A model generated the notes under the pieces. That model saw nothing but the letters and a program-made list of their open reading frames with translations, was not told the DNA's origin and made no database searches. Shown one piece after another: positions 17,696-24,495 of a DNA stretch of 64,000 bases; the first letter of the stretch is position 1, and each line of letters opens with the position of its first letter. The position numbers were made by a program, and so were the translations under genes. The DNA is from an uncultured Solirubrobacterales bacterium (lineage in GTDB: Bacteria > Actinomycetota > Thermoleophilia > Solirubrobacterales > 70-9): contig CAVUGL010000004.1 of NCBI GenBank assembly GCA_963740995.1, forward strand, positions 297,306 to 361,305, written 5' to 3'.

Positions 17696-18148
17696 CGCCT
17701 ACGCAGTATCCCCTCCCGGGGGGGTACCCGGTCAATCGTGAAACGCGAAAGCACGCGACCGCCGTACCACCAACGCGCGAAAAAAACTCCAAAAAACACG
17801 AAAGGAAAAACGATGAGTGACATACCGAACCGCTACCGGACAACTGGCGCCAGCCGAGCCAGGTCTCATAGAGAGCGAGTGGTAGAAGCATCCGCAGCGC
17901 GCCGAGTTGGATGCCCGCAAAGCTGAGCGCGATGTGAGGGATACCCAACCTGGAGCTTGGAGGCGGAACGAGCCCGAGGGCTGGACGGGATGTGTTCTAC
18001 TCCGTAGACCCGCTTGATGGGCGCGAGGACATCGCGTATGCGGCTGACGAATAAGTGGCTCAGGGACGAGCTGGCCAAGGCAGAGATGCAGGCCGGCGAG
18101 TCTTCAGCCGATTAGAGATTTGGGATACCGCTGCTCTGTCCAAAGCGG

Positions 18149-18529
18149 CTATGCCGACTCCCGGCGGCTTCAGGTGTCACTCCGATTCTGAAACAACTGC
18201 GTTCGGAGGATATCGCCGTCTTTGACGGTCGAGAGCGACCACGTCCGGGTCTCCACTGGTACGTCGCTTCCCGCCGTCCAGCCCCGGTATGAACTCTACC
18301 AAGACTTGGTGGCCGCCCGCGTCATGAACTCGACCGGCTCCTGAGCAAACGGTCGATGGAGTTCACCCAGGCAGATATCCACTCCCGCGCCGCCCCACCT
18401 CGAAGGTGCCGGCTCGGGCATCTCCTGCGAGTATAGCTCGATTTCGCCGGAAGATCAGCGATTGTGCTGAAGTCGCTCTGGGTGAACTGCTCGAAAGCGG
18501 CCCGCAAAGGTCTACTGCTTTTCCGACAT
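18149..18529 (-). pseudogene. SnoaL-like cassette F, heavily degraded
   Basis: ATG 18529 gives MSEKQ-TAG. Other frames carry LRAAFEQFTQSDFSTIADL and TWSLSTVKDGDILRTQLFQNRSD..EAAG. The boundaries are approximate. Confidence 0.5.
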
Positions 18530-18532
18530 CGC

Positions 18533-18926
18533 CTACTCCGACAGCTACGCGGCTTCGAGGGCCTCGGTACGGGTTCCGCATATGCCTGTAGACGATCTTG
18601 CCTTGACGGTACCTGACGGCGCAGAACCAAGGCTGCTCGACGGGGACGCCGCCTGTTCGACCCGTCTGGTGTTCTTGCCGGACACCAGGAGCGTCGTCGA
18701 ATCTTCGATTCGGGAGTAGTCGGCGTGGACCTCGGCATAGATGTCGTTCAGCTGCGAGATATATTCAATTGCCCCCGCTCGTCTCCGATAGACGTCACCT
18801 TCAACCACGCCCGCCAGCTAGGGCTCGATCCTCGCCTCCGGGCCGAACAGTTCCTGCGACTGCGGGTCGCCCCCCGGTTGAAGGCTGCGACGACTCGCCG
18901 GAGGTCTCGACGTTCTCCTCCGACAT
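18533..18926 (-). pseudogene. SnoaL-like cassette D, multiple frameshifts and in-frame TAGs
   Basis: Fragments spread over three frames: MSEENVE / DLRRVVAAFNRG / ARIEP-TAG-LAGVVEGDVYRRRAGAIEYISQL / GVPVEQPWFCAVRYRQGKIVYRHM / RTEALEAA-TAG-LSE-TAG. Confidence 0.6.
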
Positions 18927-18929
18927 CGC

Positions 18930-19326
18930 CTACTCCGACAGCCCGGCGCTTCGAGGGCCTGCTGCCAGCGGCGAATAGACATTCTCACTCGCCACCCCGT
19001 TCTCGATCGTCACTAGGTTCGCGTATTCCAACTTCACCTCGACTCCCTCCCGTCCTAGCCCATGGAACCGGAGCAGGGCGAGTATCCGATCGTCGCCGAT
19101 CGGCTCGATGCGCTCGACTTCGATCAGGACGGTTTCCCTAGGCTCTCGGAACGTGTTCCAGAACTGCCGGACCCCTCTCGCCCCCGATACACGGCATCGG
19201 TATCGGGTAAAGCTGCGCTGTGCGCCACTCGTAGTCGGGGGTAATGTGGTCCAGCACCCAGTCGAGATCGCCGCGATTCCACGCCTCGTAGGTCTGCCGC
19301 ACCAGCTCCACGATCTCCTCCGACAT
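18930..19326 (-). pseudogene. SnoaL-like cassette E, at least 2 frameshifts
   Basis: MSEEIVELVRQTYEAWNRGDLDWVLDHITPDYEW comes from track ORF 19138..19368. YRGREGVRQFWNTFREP...GVEVKLEYANLVTIENG comes from track ORF 18930..19364. The tail ALEAPG/AGLSE is shifted again. Confidence 0.65.
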
Positions 19327-19490
19327 CGCCCACGCAGTATCTCGCGCGTACCGCTGCTTTCCATGCATAGCGTATAGCCGCTTCCCGTATAGCAGTACTC
19401 CTGACTGGGGCTTACTGCTCAGTCGTCGTAGCCGTTACGGGTCTCGGGACCGAGAGAGATCTCGCCGAGAGGAGGCTCAGGTAGCCCGGT

Positions 19491-20613
19491 TCAGGGTGTC
19501 CACTTCGCGGCCAGTGTGCCGCCGGAACCGTAAAAGTTGTACCCGCAGACGGCCATGCAGTAGAGCCGGCTCGGACAGGAGACGCCGGTTAAGTACGGGT
19601 TCGTTTTACCTCCTCAGAACAGATCGACAATAGCTGCCATATCGCTCCGTCGTAGCGTTCTGCGATCAGACCGGGGCTGCCCGATACATCCCCGATGCCC
19701 ACGGCATGACACACGCTTCGTCCCGGGCAGCTAATGCCGTGGAGCTGGGCGAACGCGTAGCGGAATGAGGATTGGGTGTCGGCATGACCGACCAGGTCGA
19801 GCCACTGCGACGTGCGCCAAGCGTTGTCGTCACCCGCGTGACTGGCGTCGGATAGCTGATGGAGCTTCCGACCGCGACACACACGGGTGCGTCCGGACAG
19901 GACACGCCGTTGTATGACGCGCTCTCCGCCCCGCGGGCTCGGGTAAGCAGATCCACGAGTTGACGCGGCCGACCCAGCGCTGAGAGAGAGGCAATCACGC
20001 CGCCGGTGTCTGAGTAGCCGTCAGCTGTGCTGGGTGTTAAGGGGCAGAAACGCCTGCCAAGGAACTGGACTGGGACCCGGGAGGGCTCGGTGTTGATTGG
20101 ATGTGCCAGCCGGTGCCTAACAGCGCTAGACGAGGGCTGGCCCCGCGGTGTTGGGGATCTTCCCGACTGCCGTGCTCGCCAGATGCCCAGAGCTGAGACG
20201 GCATCGAGCTCCTGCCCCCTGCGCTCGACTGGTCGACCTACTCGTCCCGTCCCAGTGCTCGATCAGCGGCCTGGTGTCTGAGCTGCCGTCCGCGATGCAG
20301 TCGTGCGGCGGTGGGCGGAGAAACCATTCAGCGAGTTGAAGGTCGAGCCCGGAGGATTGGGAGTCGTCACGATCTGCCAGCTTGTGCCATTCCAGTGCTC
20401 GGCCACGGTCGCCGCGGTCCCGCCGGGAGCGTTGATCGTCGCCTGGCCGACGGCCATGCCGATTCGCCGACGTGCTGTCGACCGCGCTCTGGTTCGTGGA
20501 GCTTGCGCCAGCGACGTTCGGTGTTGGCGAGACGCTCCAGGCGGCCGAGGCGGGAAGGCGTGAGCGCGCGCCGCGGTCGCTAGCTGGATCAGGCGATCCG
20601 ATCGAAGGGACAT
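19491..20613 (-). pseudogene. secreted repeat protein (about 45-50 aa units W-x-G-T-x-W...P-x-P...GVSC...C-x-AVG), many frameshifts
   Basis: A signal-like N-terminus MSLRSDRLIQLATAARAHA starts at 20613. Repeat units such as TVAEHWNGTSWQIVTTPNPPGSTFNSLNG, PLIEHWDGTS, YNGVSCPDAPVCVAVG and GVSCPSRLYCMAV are scattered over all three minus frames. Confidence 0.5.
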
Positions 20614-20836
20614 CTGCTCCGCTGTGGCTACGCCTGCGGTCTGGGCGGAAGTAGCGGTCGCCTACCAAAGCTGCTGCTTTCCATGCAAAGCAGCGGTTTC
20701 CTATCCTCTGCTGCATATCCTTTTCCTAGGTCTGAGAGCCGCCTAGAGCTCTCGCTAAGGAGCTGGCGCTAGATAAATCCGATCGACCGTCAAGATCACA
20801 GGGCGATACCGCCCGCGACGGAACAAGGAGTGGTCT

Positions 20837-21310
20837 ATGACAGAGCTGGAACTTCGTGCAGAGATCGAGGCGCTTGAGGCTGCGGCACACGGCCGAAGCT
20901 TCACCTCGGAGGAGCGCGCCGAGTGGAACCGCCTCAACGCGGACTTCGATGAGGTCAGAAGTGGAGCGCCCGCGTCCTCAGATCGGGCTCTATCCTCTCG
21001 CCCGCGAGGAGGGCGCGACCTTCACGGTTCCGGCTCTCCGTTGGGGCCGCGACTCACACGCCGAGCCCCGCGAGCAGGGACTGCGGACGATCGAGCGGCT
21101 CGGCCGCGACGAGAGTCTCTCGCCTGAGGCCGGCGACCGGCTCGAGGAGCTGATGCGCAGCGATCGAAGCGGCGTGGATTCCCGCTACCTCTGGTAGTCT
21201 CGGTTAGTCCTACGCGACGGCATTCGGCAAGCTCGTGACGCGCCCGGACACGGCACTAATGAGTTCGACGACGCCGAAGCCGCCGCGATTCGTGCTGTCG
21301 GGGACGGTTG
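20837..21310 (+). pseudogene. HK97-family phage major capsid protein, N-terminal fragment, frameshifted and truncated
   Basis: MTELELRAEIEALEAAAHGRSFTSEERAEWNRLNADFDE, then PREQGLRTIERLGRDESLSPEAGDRLEELMRSD, then AYATAFGKLV and GHGTNEFDDAEAAAIRAV in shifted frames. The coding signal fades after about 21310. Confidence 0.5.
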
Positions 21311-22016
21311 CCTCTAATCTCGCCGTAGATGTGTGAGCCATACCTCTGAGTTGATCCTGTACGATTGGACGTATGACTGAGTTCATCTTGAGTCATAAGC
21401 TTATAAGTTGATCGCGTGTCCGTCTCGATATGTACTCTCTACCACTGGCCGGAGGACACGTCGTAGAATTGGGACCTAGTCGTATAGGCGATCTATACTT
21501 ATACCTGTCACGACGCCGTCATGAGTATCTCCCCTATCTCTTCATATCTCTACCTGATCATTTATGACTCCGCCCCCTATGCCCCTCATACTTCTTTCTG
21601 TATCCTTATAACACCATCTTTCCTCTCTATCTTCTCATCTCTTATCTCTGCGACTACGCTTCCCCTCCTATCATATCACTTATAGAATAAACATTACCTC
21701 TCTGCTCCTCTATCTCATTTTTCTCCATTCCACAACCAAGCATCTATAAACTACTGTTCCCTCCATATTATCTAATGCCTCAACTTCACCTCATCCTTAC
21801 CCACACCAACCCCTACAAACCCAAACCATACACCCGAACAACCCAAATATCTCACCCTAACCCAATATCAACAACCCACCCAAAATAAATAACAAAATCT
21901 ATTACTGCCAAACCAACCCAAAACTAACTAACAAATAACTAATAAATTAAAAAATAACCAAAAAAAAAAATATAAAAAAAAAAAAAAATAAAAATAAAAA
22001 AAAAAAAATAAATCCC
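21300..22016. other. non-coding tract with progressive loss of G, then T, then C, ending in poly(A)
   Basis: Read directly from the sequence. It has no ORF, no periodic repeat and no hairpin. It ends 11 nt before the ATG at 22025. Confidence 0.9.
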
Positions 22017-22024
22017 TTCATCTG

Positions 22025-22321
22025 ATGACCGAGCCCCGGCGCGTCCTCTACCGCTGTCCGACCCGGACCAACATGCTCTGCCCCTGCGGCGCCGTCGCGC
22101 GCAGGCTCAACAAGCTGGGGCTGGAGTATCGAACCGAGCGCGTGCCCTACCGGCGCGCCAACCGCCCGGAGATCGTCGAGCTGACCGGCATGAAGTACGT
22201 CCCGGTGCTGGTCGACGGGGACGAGGTCGTCAACGACTCCCATCGGATCCGCCAGTACCTGGCCTGGAAGTACGGCGAGGAGGAGCAGCGACCCGAGGCC
22301 GGTTCCGCGGCGGCTAGCTGA
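22025..22321 (+). CDS. glutaredoxin-like / GST N-terminal domain protein
   Basis: 98 aa: VLYRCPTRTNMLCPCGAVARRLNKLGLEYRTERVP...EIVELTGMKYVPVLVDGDEVVNDSHRIRQYL. No SD is visible upstream, where there is poly-A. Confidence 0.65.
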   Translation: MTEPRRVLYRCPTRTNMLCPCGAVARRLNKLGLEYRTERVPYRRANRPEIVELTGMKYVPVLVDGDEVVNDSHRIRQYLAWKYGEEEQRPEAGSAAAS

Positions 22322-22760
22322 CGCCCGCGTCCCGCAGCGCTTCCTCTGGATCCCAGTAAGCCCGTTGGTAGGCGAGCCGACCGTCGCGCACCCGGCAGAC
22401 GTAGGCCCACAGATGCTCGAAGGGAACGTCACCGCCCTTGGAGACGCCGCTTAGACGGACCATCGCTACCACCTCGCCACCCGCGTCGTGAAGCTCCTCC
22501 ACCTTCATCTCGACCGCTCCGAACACCTCCAGGTAGCCATGCCATGCGCGGATGACCGCCTCACGGCCGCGGTAGGTCGCCGATCCAGGCCACTTCGGGT
22601 CCTCGACGTATTCGATCTCCGGATGCCACCAACGCTCGGCGGCCGCCTCATTCATCTCCACAGGCGTCGAGCTGAGCATCTCACCCCACATCTGACGGAG
22701 GATTTCGAGGTCTTCCGTGCCCACGGCTGGCCAGTATCCAAGATCAGCCACAGGGGTCAC
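22314..22760 (-). CDS. SnoaL-like/NTF2-fold protein
   Basis: 148 aa: YRGREAVIRAWHGYLEVFGAVEMKVEELHDAGGEVVAMVRLSG...RDGRLAYQRAYWDPEEALRDAGVS. Confidence 0.7.
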   Translation of the reverse strand: MTPVADLGYWPAVGTEDLEILRQMWGEMLSSTPVEMNEAAAERWWHPEIEYVEDPKWPGSATYRGREAVIRAWHGYLEVFGAVEMKVEELHDAGGEVVAMVRLSGVSKGGDVPFEHLWAYVCRVRDGRLAYQRAYWDPEEALRDAGVS

Positions 22761-22768
22761 TACAATTC

Positions 22769-23149
22769 ATGCCGATGAGCGAGACGTCTCAACCAATCAC
22801 GCTGACCGACAAGGCCGCGGGCAAGATCAAGGAGCTGCTCTCAGACCAGGAGAACGGGTCCGAGCAGGCTCTGCGCGTCGCGGTCCGCGGCGGTGGCTGC
22901 TCCGGCTTCCAGTACGCACTCGCCTTCGACGCTCCCAAGGAGGACGACCACCGCTTCGAGAATCAGGGCGTGGCGGTCGTCGTCGACAAGACGAGCATGC
23001 AGTTCGTCTTCGGTTCCGAGGTCGACTGGGTCGATGGGCTGCAGGGCGCCGGCTTCTCGGTCAACAATCCGAACGTCGTCGCGGCCTGTGGCTGCGGCTC
23101 TTCCTTCCAGGTCAAGGAAGACGCGGCCGAAGAGGCCGCCACGGTCTAG
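22769..23149 (+). CDS. A-type iron-sulfur cluster carrier (HesB/IscA/ErpA family)
   Basis: 126 aa with LRVAVRGGGCSGFQY and CGCGSSF. Confidence 0.9.
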   Translation: MPMSETSQPITLTDKAAGKIKELLSDQENGSEQALRVAVRGGGCSGFQYALAFDAPKEDDHRFENQGVAVVVDKTSMQFVFGSEVDWVDGLQGAGFSVNNPNVVAACGCGSSFQVKEDAAEEAATV

Positions 23150-23167
23150 CCCGATCCGCCTTAGCGA

Positions 23168-23572
23168 CTAGCGCTCGATCTGGATCGGCGGGCTCTGCTG
23201 CGGGTCGTCCGCCTTGAGCTCCTGCTTGGCCGACATCGTCGGCCGCTCCGGCCGCTCGACCCCGAGCACGCCGGCCAGTTCGCCCGACTCGTCCATCTCG
23301 GCGACTATGTCCGCGCCGCCGAGGAGCTCGCCGTTGACGTAGAGCTGCGGGAAGGTCTGCCAGTCGGAGATCTCGGCCGTCACCTCGCGCAGCGGCTGGA
23401 GCGCCGGCAGCACGTCGACCGCGCCGTACTCGACGCCGTAGCTCTCGAGCACCTGGACGACCCGCATCGAGAAGCCGCACTGGGGCTGCTCCGGAGTGCC
23501 CTTCATGAAGAGCAGGACCGGGTTCTCCCGGATCAGCTCCTCGACCTTGTCCTTGAGAGTGGGTTCAGTCAT
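23168..23572 (-). CDS. grxD: Grx4-family monothiol glutaredoxin
   Basis: 134 aa: VLLFMKGTPEQPQCGFSMRVVQVL (CGFS active site) and WQTFPQLYVNGELLGGADI. Confidence 0.9.
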   Translation of the reverse strand: MTEPTLKDKVEELIRENPVLLFMKGTPEQPQCGFSMRVVQVLESYGVEYGAVDVLPALQPLREVTAEISDWQTFPQLYVNGELLGGADIVAEMDESGELAGVLGVERPERPTMSAKQELKADDPQQSPPIQIER

Positions 23573-23616
23573 CTCCGACCACGATACAGACCGGATCGAG
23601 CGGCTACGCGGAGCCG

Positions 23617-23853
23617 CTACTCCGGCACCGATGTCTTGATGGAGAGAGCGTGAATCGAGCCGTCGTCAAAGCGAGTCTGCACGGCCCTCTTGACGAGCTT
23701 GTGCTGCTCGATCCGCGAGAGGCCCTCGAACTGCGGCGCCGCCACGGTGGCGCGCAGATGGTCCTGGGTGCCGGTTTCGTCCACCACCTCGACCTTGGCG
23801 CCGGGCAGCGATGCCTCGATCATCAGGCGGACTTCGTCCATGGAGATCGCCAT
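23617..23853 (-). CDS. BolA-family protein
   Basis: 78 aa: VEVVDETGTQDHLRATVAAPQFEGLSRIEQHKLV...IHALSIKT. Confidence 0.85.
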   Translation of the reverse strand: MAISMDEVRLMIEASLPGAKVEVVDETGTQDHLRATVAAPQFEGLSRIEQHKLVKRAVQTRFDDGSIHALSIKTSVPE

Positions 23854-23893
23854 CGCCGTGATTCTAGGAAGCTGGGGGGCCCGCCCTCACCTG

Positions 23894-24451
23894 CTAGGGC
23901 TCGAGGAGATCGGCGAGCGCGCGCTCCAGCACGTCTGCGCGGCTGCGCTCGCCGTGGTCGGCCGTGATGAATGGGCTCCCGATGAACAGCGAGAAGGCGA
24001 GCAGGCTGCGGGCCTCGGCCTCGTCCTCGTCGTGACAGAGGGCGCCGAACAGCGAGCGCATGTACTCCATGCGCCGGTTGTCGACGCGCCTCACCCGCCT
24101 GGCGACAGCCTCGTCGCGTCTTGCCCAGTCACGGATCGCCAGCTCCACCCTGATCAGCTTGCGGCCGCCGGAGGTGGCGAGCGCGAACAGGCGCCGCAGC
24201 CTGGCCCGGGCGTCTGCGCCCTCCTCCTCGACACGTTCGATCACCTCGTCGACCATCGTCCGCTCCCAGGTGTCGAGCATCTCCCGGAGCAGCTCGCTGC
24301 GGCCCGCGAAGTGCCCGTAGAAGCCCCCCTTGGTGACGCCGAGCGACCGCGCCAGCGGCTCGATCCGGACTGCATCCGGGCCGCCGGCGGCCAGGGCCCG
24401 CAGTCCCTCTTCGATCCAGGTGTCGCGGGGTGTCAGGGTCGGTGCGGGCAT
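23894..24451 (-). CDS. TetR/AcrR-family transcriptional regulator
   Basis: 185 aa: GPDAVRIEPLARSLGVTKGGFYGHFAGRSELL. Confidence 0.88.
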   Translation of the reverse strand: MPAPTLTPRDTWIEEGLRALAAGGPDAVRIEPLARSLGVTKGGFYGHFAGRSELLREMLDTWERTMVDEVIERVEEEGADARARLRRLFALATSGGRKLIRVELAIRDWARRDEAVARRVRRVDNRRMEYMRSLFGALCHDEDEAEARSLLAFSLFIGSPFITADHGERSRADVLERALADLLEP

Positions 24452-24466
24452 TGACGCGGCTCCATC

Positions 24467-24482
24467 TATACGCTAGCGTATA
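24467..24482. promoter_or_regulatory. perfect 16-bp palindrome TATACGCTAGCGTATA (operator candidate)
   Basis: Lies in the 44-bp gap between the divergent TetR (start 24451) and the DUF2867 gene (start 24496). Confidence 0.6.
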
Positions 24483-24495
24483 CATCATCAACCGG

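Larger units (their letters stand above)
16601..19326 (-). repeat. head-to-tail array of paralogous SnoaL/NTF2 (COG3631-like) cassettes plus one Grx-like cassette
   Basis: The junction ...(T)CGGAGTAGGCGATGTCGGAGGAGAAC or a close variant occurs at 17002, 17412, 18529 and 18926. A related start context occurs at 19326. Confidence 0.8.
13912..22016. mobile_element. degenerate integrase-bounded integrative element / prophage remnant
   Basis: Integrase, XRE and two Xis-like genes sit at the left end and an HK97-type capsid fragment at the right. GC is visibly lower and nearly every gene carries frameshifts or stops. No att repeats or tRNA target were identified. Confidence 0.55.

Noticed and set aside
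17529-17948. 139-aa minus ORF in the track.
   Set aside because: It is a composite. Its C-terminal part is one frame of the Grx-like pseudo-cassette, and the rest is low-complexity read-through across the A/T-rich tract.
13960-19326. Integron interpretation: a tyrosine recombinase next to an array of small cassettes.
   Set aside because: The recombinase has a phage-type arm-binding/SAM-like N-terminus, not IntI features that I can see. The cassettes are joined by a 3-nt stop-to-start spacer with no attC-like imperfect inverted repeats. Their orientation relative to the integrase and the intervening xre/xis genes also do not fit.
16601-20613. Polymorphic toxin plus orphan immunity array: a repeat protein followed by NTF2-fold cassettes.
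   Set aside because: No recognisable toxin domain is present at the C-terminal end of the repeat protein. The cassettes look like COG3631 SnoaL proteins, which also occur singly in core operons of this window. I kept it only as a remark in the array finding.
21300-22016. Retroelement, retron or DGR explanation for the poly(A)-terminated tract; also a telomere-like CCCTAA.
   Set aside because: There is no reverse-transcriptase ORF and no template/variable repeat pair. Only single CCCTAA/TTAGGG words occur. A poly(A) tail would not explain the ordered earlier loss of G and T.
21947-22432. 161-aa minus ORF ending in FFFLFLFFFFFIFFF.
   Set aside because: This is translation of the poly(A/T) tract plus antisense of the Grx-like gene, not a gene.
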